DNA of 64,000 nucleotides from Octopus sinensis (taxonomy: Eukaryota): positions 18,042,001 to 18,106,000 of the forward strand of contig NC_043012.1 in the NCBI RefSeq assembly GCF_006345805.1. The letters are read 5' to 3'. The notes beneath the pieces are model-generated. The model did not search any database. It was not told the origin of the DNA and worked only from the letters and a program-made list of their open reading frames with translations. This document shows, piece after piece, positions 12,357 through 28,152 of this stretch (position 1 is the stretch's first letter; every line of letters starts with the position of its first letter). A program made the position numbers and the translations under genes.

Positions 12357-12874
12357 CACTATTATGAATGCCATCAATGTCACCACCCCCACCACCATAG
12401 CCCAGTACCGCCATTATATTTCTCCAATATCTTTTTCATATATCAAGATAATCATTATGATTATCCTGCCACTACCACACTAACAACCTTCACTTTTACC
12501 GCCTCCGTCACGCCACCATTAAATGCGTTATATTTGTCATCGTCAGCATCAGCGGCTGCAGCAATATCAGCAGCATCACCAGCACCATCATCATTGTTGA
12601 CATCGATTACATTAATCACAACTAATTTCTACCTAGCAATCACGTCAAACCTCGTTCGATCTTTACAAATATAACACATTTTTGTTTAACTTATTTGTTT
12701 TTCACTTTTGTAATTTCTGTTGCTTTTTTTTCTTTTTATTTCGTCAATTTATATTCTATTGTATTAATCTTTGTTTAATTTAATTTATTTTATTTCTATC
12801 CCAGCAAGATTTAGTTAATCTTCGACTCTGATTGTCATGAAATGTCATTTTATTTCTTTATTTGTTTAATTATC

Positions 12875-12948
12875 CACTCATACACATACATACATGCATA
12901 TGTACATATATACATACACTCATACATATATATGCATGTCTATGTATT

Positions 12949-13022
<74 letters not shown>

Positions 13023-13075
13023 TATAATATATATATATATATATCTATATATATATGTATATATATAAATCTATG

Positions 13076-13110
<35 letters not shown>

Positions 13111-13139
13111 ATATATATATATATGTATATATGTATATA

Positions 13140-13180
<41 letters not shown>

Positions 13181-13220
13181 CTATGTATATATGTACATGT
13201 ATGTATGTTCGTATATATAC
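12875..13220. repeat. (TA)n/(CA)n low-complexity tract, representative of many in the window (e.g. 13770-13905, 20355-20625, 22125-22365, 25320-26630, 44860-45600, 53655-53830, 57170-58030)
   Basis: Read directly from the sequence. These tracts produce the [10 protein letters not shown] and CVCV ORFs. Confidence 0.97.
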
Positions 13221-13773
13221 GTCTTTTTTTCTTTAAAATGATTTTATACTTTGAAAGAGATGTCAAGTTAATTAAAATTTGTTTAATCAGGTTTATATTT
13301 TAGCATGATCGATTTTGTTTTCGTTTATTCATGTTATTTATATGTGTATTTATTGATTTATTTTCATTTTCTTTTACCTGTCAGCAATTAAAAAATAGAA
13401 TTGCGTTTCATTTGTTATTTCTAGTTTCTTCGTTTTTCTCTCACCATCTTTTTTTGATGGCAGAATTAGTAGCGAGAGACGAACAAATATGGCGCTGTAC
13501 TTTAGTGTTTTGTGTTCGGAAACCACTGCTAGCGAAATTTGCCTTTTAATTCTTTAGTTTGAAAATAAAGAACTCCCAATGTTCTGCCATGCGCACCAAC
13601 TATGCGGCTGAACACGAATTGCTGGAAATCATTATCGAGATAATTATAGTTACTAGGGCATATCTAAGATCGGCAAGTGCTCATTTCGTAGCCATATTTT
13701 ACATTTATTTGTGATTATCACATCTCCAATGTTTGACGTGTATGAGATATCTTGTTCCTTTCTTTTTTATGAG

Positions 13774-13853
<80 letters not shown>

Positions 13854-13862
13854 ATATATATT

Positions 13863-13906
<44 letters not shown>

Positions 13907-14049
13907 CTTTGGCGACTGTGTATGTATGTCTTCTTAGACTGTTGGATGCAATGCTTGGTTGTGATTATTTCATGTTAAATGGTGTTCTGTTATTTATTTG
14001 TGTACTAGGATTTGCTGAAAAGTTCCTGGGTATAATTGTATCGCGAAAA

Positions 14050-14192
14050 GCCTGGCTGGAGGCCAACCTTCTGACTTCTTTTAGAGGGCTTAAAAAACTG
14101 AAGGACCACTGAAATAAGTGTGTGAATCATGAATAAAATCATGATGAAATGATCTTCCAGTGTGTTATTTTATTCAGAGCAGCCCCTCGCAT
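14050..14192 (+). mobile_element. Mariner 3' end fragment
   Basis: FRGLKKLKDH*NKCVNH resembles the mariner C-terminal GI.KL..RW.KC motif. It ends in agcagcccctcgca, similar to mariner ...ccctcgTA termini. Confidence 0.45.
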
Positions 14193-15214
14193 GATAACAT
14201 CTGACGTCTTTCCCCCTGGTTCTCATACAAACACACACGCACATGCGCAAATATATAGGGCAATATTACAGAAGCATCAAACAATGTAAAAACCTAAAAA
14301 TATTTGTCGCATCATTGATAGAGACAGTTCGGGATCCGACCTGATGGAGATGTGTTAGCAAATACCTTACGCGCGCAAGACTACATTGAATGGTCTCTTT
14401 CGATATGGCCTTATACAAAAATAAAATCATAAACTTCCACTCAGCATTCTTATAAGCTGGTGCACAAATACCGTAGAAACTTCGTTAAAAAACAAGAGAA
14501 TTAAATTACTGCCACCAAGTGCACTGTTTCTGATTGTAACAACACTATTTAACTTGAAATAATTACAACCAAGAATTGCATTCAACAATCTAAGACGACA
14601 TACATACACAGTCACCAAACGTATATCTATATAATCATAAGAAAGAAAAGACACTACATCTACTCACATACACCGCAAAAATAGGAGATATGATAAAGAA
14701 AGTAAATCGACGCACAAACATAATTAGAACATTTACATGTAGTGTTAACAAACAGAAAGCAAGACGATAATGACCCTAGGTCTAATTGGTAACGTTTTTG
14801 AGACTAGGATTACCAAAGACAGCGTAACATTAGCAACAAACATACGTAAATAGACTTTCTAATAACAACAGTGCTTATAATGCCAGACATTACTAACTAG
14901 TCTGCTGTAAATTTGGAACACATATACAAGTACACGCGCACGCACTCACAGACACACACACACAAATACACTCACACATACACATACAAACACATATATC
15001 TCTCTCTATATATATGTATCAGACCATTATACTTATTAGTTATGCTTTGTATCACGTCATACTGGGTGTGAAATTATCTTCATTAATATACTATGGAAGC
15101 AGAACAGAATATTATATTCATAAATAATAGGAACACCATACTCATTGACTATCTACACGGTGAAATGTAAATAGTTGACATGCGGAAGCACATTTTGTTG
15201 CACTCCACATACCC

Positions 15215-15257
<43 letters not shown>

Positions 15258-15299
15258 AAATAATCGGGATCTCATTGAAATAATCGGGAGGTACATGCC

Positions 15300-15830
15300 T
15301 GTCAGATATGAACTACTTCAGAGTACTCTCGCAGATCCTAAGCAACTACAACGGTTCCCTGATCAATAGCATTGTAAACCTCAAAAATTGATGAGTCCTA
15401 CGCCTCGAAAGAAAATGCCCGAGTTACGTAAGTTGTTAGACAGTAAGCAAAGTCTCCTTGCTATATCGACCAGCAGATTTTTTGGGCGTATGGATAAACC
15501 AGTAAGGGAGTGTCTCTGTATATTCATTTGATGCCAGAAACAGCAACTACATCGATGTCAGAACTTACTTTAACGTTCGAGAATATACTTTTTAGTCCAC
15601 TGTCTCAACAGACATCGAGAACCCTGTAGATCTTGCTGGGATTCGCCAAGAATATCGACACATTCTATTAGACTGGATACTGAAGAAAGTACCACATGTC
15701 CATATTGTCATACAGTACCAAAAAGGGCAGGATGCAGCGGCAATAACTATATCGAAACTAGTCTAGTACCCGAATGTGCTGAGTCTACAGATCCTAATAA
15801 CACCATCAAAAATATCGAACAGAAGGCAAA
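15300..15830 (-). mobile_element. Possible RTE-like LINE 3' relic
   Basis: The minus strand gives ILGESQQDLQGSRCLLRQ, weakly like the RTE motif RILGISWQD.V.N..L. Very degenerate. Confidence 0.35.
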
Positions 15831-16020
15831 ATGGGGTTTCATATTCATGGAATCAATAAAGTTTAACAAAACATTGGTATTTGTTATATAATTCATTAGA
15901 TATGAATTCGGAAAATATCCAAACGATAATATTAAATCACGGACACACGCGCACACGTAGTATATATATATACACATACACAGACACATACACACACACA
16001 CACACACACATACACACACG

Positions 16021-16051
<31 letters not shown>

Positions 16052-16081
16052 GGATACCTATATTTTGTGTATGTATGTGTA

Positions 16082-16115
<34 letters not shown>

Positions 16116-18316
16116 TGTATGTATGAATGTACGTACTTTTATATATGTATGTATTATCAGAAATGAATGTTTCTCTGAAATATAATTTGGTTCTGACTGT
16201 TTCCATTTCGTTTGATTCTTGACCCATTACATACAACGCTGAATTCTTCAGCAATTTGCAATAAGTTTAGTAGAACCAGTAGAAAATCTTCGTCACGAAA
16301 GACGACCTAAACTGTACGCCATTTCAAAAGCGCAGCTGGAAAATATTTTTCCAGTGTGTAAATATTTATAACTTTGCTAAAACTGTATATTTCGATGTAG
16401 AGAAATATGCCACAGAATTTTCAATCTAAGCAGACTGATCAAGTTAGTAAACACAGACAACGAAGCAATAATTCAATAAAAGAATTGGGAATTGAAATAG
16501 TGAATAATTACTTGGGAATGAATAAATGCAAACAAATAAATATTAAAATGAAAGTTTATCCAATTGTAATATGTATAATATGTATATCAAAAACAAAGAT
16601 AATCGGAAAAAGCGAAATTAATTCAAAACGTAAGATGAAAGCAACAAACTCTGCAGCAGTTCTAGAATAAGTTAAAAGCTGAATGCGCTAAACTAGACAT
16701 TCCGTATAATATTAATAAAATAGACAGGAAATAAAAAAGTAGATTATTTACATTATATCACATAAAAGCGGAGATGCATTGCATTAATATATTTGACAGA
16801 ACGAGAGCAGAATCAATTTGGAAACTAGAAATGGTTTATGAAGATTGTATAGATATAACACACATTTTTATCCTGCAAAATAGCACACCCTATTAGAAAC
16901 AGGTGCAAGGCATGATAAAATCTAGCTTGTGTATGTAATGCAATAAGATAGGCATAGTTAGTAGAATAGGGGCACGAAACCATACAGTTTCTACAGAGTT
17001 GCACATTAACAACTTTGGCTGAAAGCAAAATTACTTCGTAAAGGAGGAAAATACAACAATGACTTTAAAACAATTCAACAAACTGTCAAAGGCAGAATAG
17101 GCAAGAGAGTTAACAAAGAATGCGAAGTGTATCACTTGCGTAGGCAAGTTTTCAATTCTTCAAACGATTGAATAAATCTCATGCCGATAAAACCCGAGCT
17201 ATACCTTGCTTCCAAGGGATTCGGATAAAAGGAGAAATTGAAGTTTTGACACATCAAGTTGGCAAATAATGAATAAATACTGAGAGAAAATAGAAAAAAA
17301 ATCAATGCCCAAATATGAGTTCTATGTCATTAGAATTATCAGTTAGGTTTTATAATATAATTCTTCTGAAAGTAAAGGGACATAAAATATGGACATTTGT
17401 TAAAAATGACCAATTAACTCATTGACTACATTCTAAAATATTCATAACTCATTATATAACACTTACATTTTTATTGATTGCTAAAGAGGAAAGGCAAATC
17501 ACGAATCGATCATCTTTGATCTCAGAATATCGTGACAAATTAAATATTTATAAAAGAACGGATAATTATATAGAATAAATAAAAGATTTGAATAAATCAC
17601 ACCGAAAAACACTTGTTAAAACTTGTTTCAGTTCGAAGAGGTGTCAGTCACCTACAAGTTATTGGGAGAACACCATATAAGTTAATTCTTTACTACTTGT
17701 TCCTAATTCATAAACTTCCTAATTGTACTAATTGTAGCTAGAGATTACACAATCTTTCCAGAAAATATTTTTGTGGGTATTTAGGACTCAAACGCTTCGA
17801 ATTATTGACATAAACAACATGTAGTGTCCCACTGAAATATGTAGAAATGTTCTCTCTTTCGGTTGTTTGAAATGAGATTCTGTCTTCTTATCACTATATG
17901 AATAACGACTGCACATCATTCGACACCGGAATCAGAAAGGCGTCTTTCGTTCACGTAGGCCATGCTTGGAATGATATTAGTCACACTCAGATAGATACAA
18001 TGTTTTATTCCCTAACATAGCAGGTCTATGAAGAGATTTTCTCTGAAACGTAAATCGCAGTATCATGTCTGATGCCCATCAACGAATGATATACGTTACG
18101 TATGATACATAAATGGCTATTTTAATTTAATAAAGTTACGATTGTGAACAGTTATTCAAGCCGGCGTCTTTTCACGATATTAGTGAAGTACTCCATAGTG
18201 TGCACACACACACATACACACACACTCACACACACATATATATACATGCATATCTTTAAACAAATATACAGCCATCTATCCGTACGCACACACGCACACA
18301 CACAAACACACACACG

Positions 18317-18396
<80 letters not shown>

Positions 18397-18944
18397 AGAT
18401 CATGCTAATATTCTCAAAGCACTTCTTTCTTTTGCCCGTTAATATGTTAATAAACATATACATAAACATGTACGTACAATCACACAGATATACACACAAA
18501 GTCACACCCGCACACACACACACACATATCTTTTGGTGGATTCCGTCATCGGATTGCAGCCATGCTACAGCACGAGTATCAATAATCTTTTGTCAAATAA
18601 ATCAAACCTGTACCTAATTTTTTAAAGCCTAACCATTGGTCAATCGATCCCTTTGCTAAACAGCTACGTTACGGAAACGTACACACACACACACCAAACA
18701 GCGTTGTCAAGCGGTAAGTACACACCTATACACACACACAAGAAGCTTACACACATGTATATATTGGATATTCACATAAATAATGCGGTTTTTCGAAGTG
18801 AATGCACTAAACGTGGGAGGGGGACGAGATAAACTACCTGCATCAACTTGCTACAAAACCAGGTGGTAATCTTACCTAGCCCTTATTCTTACTGCAAGTT
18901 TTGAAGAGTACAGTTCGATTTTAAGTTATTTCTTCAAATCTATA

Positions 18945-19915
18945 ATGGAAGTGATAAAGGAGAATATTTTGCTTTATGAGTTCAGTAAAGGCAACAACCC
19001 AACGAAAAATGCGGTAAATGGGGTTTGGTCAATAAGCGTAAGCCAGCGTCAACGGAGGTTTTAGAAATTCTGAGCCGGAAAATAGAGCCTAGAAAACGAT
19101 ATGTAGAGCTCGACGAGGACGTCCTGCAAATCCTGGAGAAACAAAATCCCATTCTAAATTGAGGAACTATCAGAGAAGCTTGGATTTTGCTATTCAACCA
19201 TTCATCGACCCCTGCGTGCCATGGAAAAAGTCAGCAAAATCGGTCCATAGGTTCTTCACAAACTTTGTGACTCTAATTGCTGGCAGAGGGTGAATGTGTG
19301 CTTTTCTTTGCTATCACGTCTCACGAATGAACCTTGTTTCGACGAAATATTGATTGGTGATGGGAAATGGGTTCTCTATAAAAATGTCAAATACCGATGA
19401 CAGTAGGTTGAGAAAAGAGAGACACCGACACACCAGGCTACAGAAGGTCATCACCCACGTAAGGTGTTGTTATCTGTTTAGGGTGATATGGAAGGTTTAG
19501 TACAGTTTGAAATTTAAACCTAAACCTAACGATAACAACGGAGATCTACTACGAGCAGCTTAAGCGGCTAACGTCAGCGATAGAAGTAAAACGATCATTT
19601 TTGGTTTCAACACGATAGGTATTCCTCCATCAGGATAATGCTCGTTTACATACTGCGAGGATGACATTCCAAAGGCTAGATGCTTTTGAATGGTAAACAA
19701 TGCCCCACCTACCATATTCGCCGGACATTGCACCTATCTGATTAGCATATACTCCGCAGTCTTCAAAATCATTTGGACAGAAAAAATTTGAATTCTGTCG
19801 ACGAGAGCAGAGCAATGCTGGAGGAGTATCATTCGTTACAGACTAGTGAATATTGTAGATTGAAAAGAACTTTGTTTACTACACTTGTACAATCGTTTTG
19901 CAAGATTCTTGATGT
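18945..19915 (+). mobile_element. Mariner transposase pseudogene
   Basis: MEVIKENILLYEFSKGN start, then GDGKWVLYKN, KVLLSV*GDMEGLVQFE, LHQDNARLHTA and PHLPYSPDIAP catalytic-region motifs. Multiple frameshifts and stops. Confidence 0.9.
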
Positions 19916-20397
19916 GAATTCGTGTGTTGAATCAGATATTGTTGTATTTGGGGATGGTCATGTGGCCATTTTAGCCAATAAAATCACACGCTCTAAATAT
20001 TTGGTGTTCATATGCTTCAACTTTATTTTATGTTAATCGTATGTCGGCCAAAGTTCTTTAGTCAAACTTTTGTGACCTCATCCGTGGTCCTTTGCTTTCT
20101 TCTTTCTTTTTTGTGTGCCTTTCCTTACTAATGACCCGCCATTTTGCATCCATATTGTACGTGTCTTTATCTGTGCATGCGTATAGTGTGTGTGTCTATG
20201 TGTAGTAAGTGTGTTTAGGGAGAATGTGCCTGTAGCACAGGCACCGCGCCTGCATTGGCTAAACTGGCAACATGACCATCCACAAATACAACAATAACTT
20301 TATCTTATTGTTGAAAAAGAAAAGAAGTATAATAAATGCGTATCATTTATGGGATGAGCCAATATATATATAAATATCTATATATAATATATATATG

Positions 20398-20461
<64 letters not shown>

Positions 20462-20519
20462 TGTGTGAGTGTGTATATCTGTATATATATATATATATAT
20501 ATATGTATATGTATATATA

Positions 20520-20603
<84 letters not shown>

Positions 20604-20721
20604 CGTACATGCATATATATGTATAAATAAGTATTCATTAGATGTGTATTTTAATTTATTTCTTAATCCCATGATATATCGCTTATATTTTATGAATTTT
20701 AAAAAAGAGTTATATATATAG

Positions 20722-20767
<46 letters not shown>

Positions 20768-21059
20768 ACCTTCGAAACGTGGAGTAGATGAAATTAAGGC
20801 GACTGAAGAAGGGGGATTTTCCTTGTTTTGTATGTCCTGTACTCAATTGTTTCGTTGTTTTAAAAAAATGCCCATTTCCTTGGTTTTGTGTTTATGTTTT
20901 CGTTTCTCATTGTGTTCAACGTTTTTTGGTGTCCTGTACCCATATATGCGTGTATATATACATGTAGAGGTAGGTACGTACATATATGCATGTATATATG
21001 CATATATTTTATTCATTTATTAATTTTATATATATATATATTTATATATGGACGAGTGA

Positions 21060-21090
<31 letters not shown>

Positions 21091-21192
21091 CGTATATATA
21101 TGTGTGTGTGTGTGTGTATACATATATATATATATATGTCTTAGACTGGTTTAATTTATAATATAATGTATAAATGTTTTATATTTAATTGA

Positions 21193-21259
<67 letters not shown>

Positions 21260-22122
21260 TGAAAAATTACTTTTTAATTTGTTTTAAATTTTGAATTTTT
21301 AGACTTTTAATTTCCGTTTATCTGATATTTCGAAATGGCAGGACTTTTTCTTGCAACTATTTTCTCACTCGTTTTGATTTGTTTATATGTAATGGAAACT
21401 TTTTTTTTTTTACATGACGGAAGACATTTGTAAGTAAACGAAATTGTTTTCGTTTGACATTATATTATTAACTTTGAATTATTTTTTGATTATGTTCTTG
21501 TGGATAATATATTGGTTTTCAATTTTTTATTTAGGTAACTCTAATCCTTAGTAGTTAAAATTTATTTTTTTCATTAACGTATCTGTACGTTGATGGTCTA
21601 TTTTCTTTCTGTTTTGTGTAGACGATAATTGCAACTATCATTAATAAGTATTTATATATTGTGAATTGTCATTTGTATTAACGCTGAAGTGTACTTAAAT
21701 ATTTTTATGTTTTTGGTCAGTCTGATGTTCGGTAAATTTCTTCCTATCATAATTTAACTGTTTGCTCGTTTCTGGGTTATTGCAAAGGTTTTAAATTTAT
21801 TCTTGTTAGAACCCTCTCATTCTAAAAATGAATTCCTGAAGAAAAGCCTAATTTGTGATTTCCAAAGTATTATATATCGTGTGCTTTTGAATTAGGCTTG
21901 GAAACCACTTGTAGAGTTTTTTTATTTGATATATGTAACAACTTATAATAAAGTAACGTCTAAACTTCTATTTTTTTATATTTTTATTTCCTTATACTTT
22001 ATTTATTCTAACAATATTGAACATGTATATTTTTATATAGTCTTTGCCTTGGATTCAACCAGCGCACTTGGATGTTCAACAAACGTTTGAGAGGTTTATG
22101 TTCTTACTTCCTGTATACATAC

Positions 22123-22168
<46 letters not shown>

Positions 22169-22186
22169 AATAACAGGACATTCTTT

Positions 22187-22235
<49 letters not shown>

Positions 22236-22249
22236 TATATATATTATAT

Positions 22250-22368
<119 letters not shown>

Positions 22369-22371
22369 AGG

Positions 22372-22688
22372 GCGCGTGGCTTAGTGGTTAGGGCATTCGG
22401 CTCATGATCGTAAGGTTGTGAGTTCGATTCCGGCGACGCGTTGTGTCCTTGAGCAAGACACTTTATTTCACGTTGCTCCAGTCCACTCAGCTGGCAAAAA
22501 TGAGTTGTACTTGTATTTCAAAGGGTCAGCCTTGTCACTCTCTGTGTCACGCTGATTATCCCCGAGAACTACGTTAAGGGTACTCGTGTCTGTGGAATGC
22601 TCAGCCATTTGCACGTTAATTTCACGAGCAAGCTGTTCCGTTGATCGTATCAGCTGGGACCCTCGTCGTCGTAACCGGCGGAGTCTTT
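22372..22688 (+). mobile_element. tRNA-derived SINE
   Basis: A box (tggcttagtgg) and B box (gagttcgattcc), then a CORE-like gtgtccttgagcaagacacttta and a non-tRNA tail. Confidence 0.85.
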
Positions 22689-25331
22689 AAGATATATATA
22701 TATTCTATATCGAATGAAAAAACGGTATGGACGTTTTGTTTTGGTGTCTCGCTTTGCTATATACGAATATGAGGATTTGCATCCCCAGCGAAACTCGTCT
22801 TTTTCCAAAACATCTTCTCAAACGTGCTATAATGTAATACATGTCTTTGGTGTGGTAATGTTACATCAATTATGCATTGATATAAACTGTCCAATAAAGC
22901 CAAAACATATGTAACACTAAATCCTTTGCATCCTGTTTTTCTTTTGATATATATATATATTATATATATATATGTATGTATGTATATATAAGAAAAGATG
23001 TCCTGTTATTCCATACCGGTAGAAATATAGAAAAAACAATTTTCAAAGGCACTGGGAATATTTTATTTTATATTTAAATGTTTAACCGATTTCCTCCATT
23101 TTTTCTGATTTTCAAATATATGTCAAGTGAGATAGAAAAAGACGTGTGGTTAACCCGCAATTGTATTGCTTCTCACATGTGTTTGAAAATTCTCTTGTTT
23201 TCATAGACAGAACATGGCTCAAATTAATATCTGCTTTGGAAAAATTTGATTGGCAGATAATGGTCACGTTTAAGTTTTAAATTATTCTTGTTAGTTCCCC
23301 ACAACCTGCATCGTTTAAGTTATGTGACAATATTTTTTGGGCCTCTGGCTATTTTTAGAACAGAATCAATATACATATAGATATACATATACGTATGTAT
23401 ACATATATCGCATATATGCATATATATATGTATATATATATATGTATATACATATACATATACATGTACATGCGCATATGTACACAATTACTATTCCGTC
23501 AGTGACAGAATCAATATCATCTGGATTTAAGTTATATAAACCAGCGATAGCAAAATTGCCCACTACACTGGACGACATAATGTGGAAATTATTATCTTAT
23601 ATAATTATGCTCTTTATAAATGAGTAACTCTTTCATTGTTCACAATTGAAGTTATAAAGACGATGGTGTATCAATGAGCACTCTATTACGACTCACATTT
23701 GTGAAGGTGAGACGGTTAAAATGATATATGTTTGATATCCAAAGGATATAGTCGTCCTAACGGACATCAATTTCAGTTTCTGAAAAGAAATTTCAGAAAA
23801 CATTTATGTAATTAAATCTCGACCAGCGTAAATATATTCTCAGTAATGCAGTAGTAACTTGTCCGATTATTCTGATATTCAAATTGTTGTCGATGTTTCT
23901 GTTCAACTGCGAAACAAATCTCATCCTATAGCGGTAAGATTGAAGTTTTTTCCAGCCATGTCTTTCCCGTTGTTTTACTATTTCACTCATCGTGGATCAT
24001 ATGTGCAATGTGCGTTTCGTTTTTTGGAAAGTAATTTTTAAAAAAATTCTATGGTAATAAACCGATTTTACACGCTATAGAAACACGAAAGTATCATGAT
24101 TGAGAAATCGATTTTAACGTGGGATTTAGCTACTATTTCAAGATGGTTGAGCGATTTAGACCAAATTCTTGCAGGTATTCTCAATAGGTCCAATAAAAAT
24201 ATAATGACCCAAACATAAATGTGTATATTTGGCATATATTTTGATTGCGTCACCCTTTACTTCGTATGGAAATATGATTTATGAGTAGCTGTTTTATTTA
24301 CGATGTTTTATTTACGATGATCTTCGCCTATTTCAATTCTTATAGCAAGGATATTTTAGGACCGAAAGAGTGGTAAATAATGAATAGGGCCAATATATCA
24401 CATTGAAATGTCCGTTATCGACAACACATGATGAATGGGGTTCCATTCATGAACATCTAGTCTTGACGTAGAGCAGGGATTACATATATAATTCTTGAAT
24501 ATATGATGCAAATATAAAGTAAATTTGTCAGCTATTTCTAACTATTATATCAACTGTAAATGCGAATTCACTGGCCCAGCTGAAGTTGTGTATTATAGTT
24601 TACGAGAGGTATTGGCTAATATTCTAACAGAAAACTTAAGCTTTTTTTATTAAACAACCACCCTAACTAAAATATTTTGCTCACAGTCGCTGCACGCTAA
24701 TATATACATATATTCACATTTCAAGTTCTGTATTGATGTTCTCTACTCGGCTGCTCATTCATGACGCGTGGGAGTTCTCATGGAGTGTATTTCGAATGAA
24801 GTTTCTTCGATTAAGATATGGCGCAGAGGTTAATCCGTGCTTTATCTCAAGCATGACTGTTTCAATATATTTCCAAAGAAATAAATTTAAACATATTTCT
24901 CTCTATATATATTGAATTTAATAATCCACAGACTGGTTTGTTTGCTTTCCTAAAAACTGATATTGATTCTTTGTTTCAATTTTGAATCATATTCAAGCCA
25001 GTAGCAAACAAAATAAATATGTGATCTGAATAGAGCTATGTTAGCCAGGTGAAAAAATAAAGTGCAACACGAATAGCTTTGCTAGACTAATTCAAGCCAC
25101 CCTCCTCATGCACAAGTGCTTAGAGGTTTCAAATGACAACACAATTCGATTCCAATTTATTTGAATTAAAATACTAAATTTTTATTGGGGAAATCGAAAC
25201 AAGAACATAAAAGCAATCATAAATTTTTCCACACATCTGTCTAAATACGTACTTATTCCGCACCAGGCACATCTAATTAATAAAATATGCCACTTACACA
25301 TTCATATGGTTCTCTTCTACAGGGAAGCAAA

Positions 25332-25374
<43 letters not shown>

Positions 25375-25532
25375 GCAAAATTTAGATTCAAATGAATATG
25401 GTACTTAAGTCAGATGCACCAAAAGTTTGTACGGTGATATCGATATAAATCCAAGGGGTGCATATAATTAAAATAAGCAAAAGGAAAGCAACCGAAAAAT
25501 TTATTCTTGCTTATTTTGAGTATATAATATAT

Positions 25533-25575
<43 letters not shown>

Positions 25576-25588
25576 TATATACACACAT

Positions 25589-25621
<33 letters not shown>

Positions 25622-25712
25622 CACATACATATATATATGTATGTCTGTATATGTGTGTGTATATGTGTGTTTGCGTGTGTATATATGTAATATATATATA
25701 TGTATAAATAGT

Positions 25713-25764
<52 letters not shown>

Positions 25765-26052
25765 ACTATTATGTTAAAAAGCCGTATGCCCAAATTTGTA
25801 CATACGACAGTAATTTCAATATTTTATTTCCAAATTTATTTGTGCTCACAATCACCAGTCCTTTTGGTCGAAGTATCATAAACCCAAATGCTTCAGATGC
25901 CAAGATATCAAAAATTGTCGAACTGTAGTACAATGGTTTTGTTATAGAATGGTGAAAATATTTCGTTTTCCGATAAAGGAATGTTTTAGCCTTAACACAC
26001 TTACGAATAATGACAACGATATATATATATATATATAATTAGTATATATATC

Positions 26053-26083
<31 letters not shown>

Positions 26084-26155
26084 ATATATTTACACATATG
26101 TTTCAGTTGCCTAATAGTGATTTATCTCTAATTTAATTCATATATATATATATAC

Positions 26156-26223
<68 letters not shown>

Positions 26224-26291
26224 GGTCCCCGGTTGATTCGGGGTTAACCACAGTAAATAAGGTACTCAAATATATAAAAGACGAAATGAAT

Positions 26292-26325
<34 letters not shown>

Positions 26326-26534
26326 CAAGATAAGAAACTGGAGAAATACATCTGTGGTAAATCATTTTACCTTTGCCATATAATACAGTAAATGAATTGA
26401 TTGCATCGCAACCATTAACATTTATTTATAACTTTATTAAGTGAAAAATTAATATTTCGAATTCTGAAATGCAAGTGGTGATGAATGTAAGTAGAATATT
26501 GCCAATATACTTAAAAGTCCAAGTTATAATATAC

Positions 26535-26608
<74 letters not shown>

Positions 26609-27497
26609 CACACGTAGTACATACACACATACACATATACATACGTATGTGTATTTATATAACACATGCAATATATTTTCAATTGAATTGTTGTATGTCA
26701 TTAAAAATTTATTCAACACACAGACAATAATTTGGCACTAATAGCAACATAGAACGCAGTGCCATTAGCAATAAACTGAATTAATATTTTATCGAAACAC
26801 GAATGTCTCATGATTAAACTTCACTATTTTTCAAATGAAACGTGCAAGCCTGGTTAATTCAAATAATTGACAAAAACTAAAATGACAAAAAGTAACTCAG
26901 TATCTCCTTTTGATATGGTCGCCTTTGTTGCTACCATTAACTCTATAGTACTTTCACCCCTTTTGGTCGACAAATGCATTACTATAAAATTATGAGATAT
27001 GGGTCATTTGTAAATATTCAATTCTTGTTGTTGGTTGATGTAAGAAAAAAAAAAGACTTTGTTTTTGTTGTCACTGTCCAAACTGTGGTCTCACAACATG
27101 AAGCAGAACAAAATTTAGGTCTCATATAGTTTATTTTATCGTTTTACTTAATGATCACGATATTTTAAAATTTTATGCTTCCATTTTATAGAAACTAATG
27201 TTTTCTAGATCAGAACATGAAATATTTTATAAGGTTAAATCTGAATAGTATGGCAATTCAGATATGTTATTGGAAACTATAAAAATATGTGGATGCAGAT
27301 TTTGTGATTAAGATATTCAAATCTATATGGTTATGTGCTCGATGGTGCTGCGCAGAACATAGAAAGAAGTGTATCCCTCGCAACCTCATATTAAACTTTA
27401 TTTCATTTCGTAATCTATTTCTCCTGTACAGTATGTATAGATTTTATATTTATATATTAATATTGCTTCCATAACTAAACTTCACCTATAATATTTA

Positions 27498-27640
<143 letters not shown>

Positions 27641-28152
27641 TACTTTAATCTAAGGTGTGACGCTGTCAGAATTGTTAGCATGTCGCACAATATCACTCAA
27701 GAGCGAGTACTCTAGTCGACGTAATTGACTTCTACCCTACCTAGAACCCTACAATGGATCGGAAACTCTGCCAAGGGAATGTTGTAATCTCGCTGGCTTA
27801 TGTACGCTGTAGAAACCAGGTAATCCGCATACATGTTTTACAACTCAAGAAAAATAAACAAAATTATAAAGCAATGCTTTTCTATGCCTTTTCGTTTCTT
27901 AAATAGAATTGCACAAAGAAATAACGAATGAGATAAAGAACATGTACTAATAGCAAAATATTAATCCTAACTCATGCACAGAGTGAATACGCACAAAATA
28001 AAAGGAGAAAAATCCTGTTTTTTGCATATAATCAACTTGAATTACATGAATTTGGTGATTTTATTTTTTACCTCGTTGAATAAAATTAGTTGTTTTCTAA
28101 AACAAAAAAATTCTTATTTGGAATTATTCAGTGAAAAGATCCATAGCCAAAG

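Noticed and set aside
12955-13080. Phase shifts (AA or TT) inside (TA)n tracts that look like a pattern
   Set aside because: They are expected from slippage mutations or long-read consensus error. No consistent periodicity was found.
12862-13303. The many [12 protein letters not shown] and CVCVCV ORFs across the window
   Set aside because: They are translations of (TA)n and (CA)n tracts.
16390-17150. Possible plus-strand LINE relic
   Set aside because: There is only vague similarity (RTRAE..) and no diagnostic motif, which is too weak to call.
22372-22445. Possible tRNA gene with a CAT anticodon
   Set aside because: The acceptor stem does not close and the sequence continues into a SINE body, so it is a SINE head.
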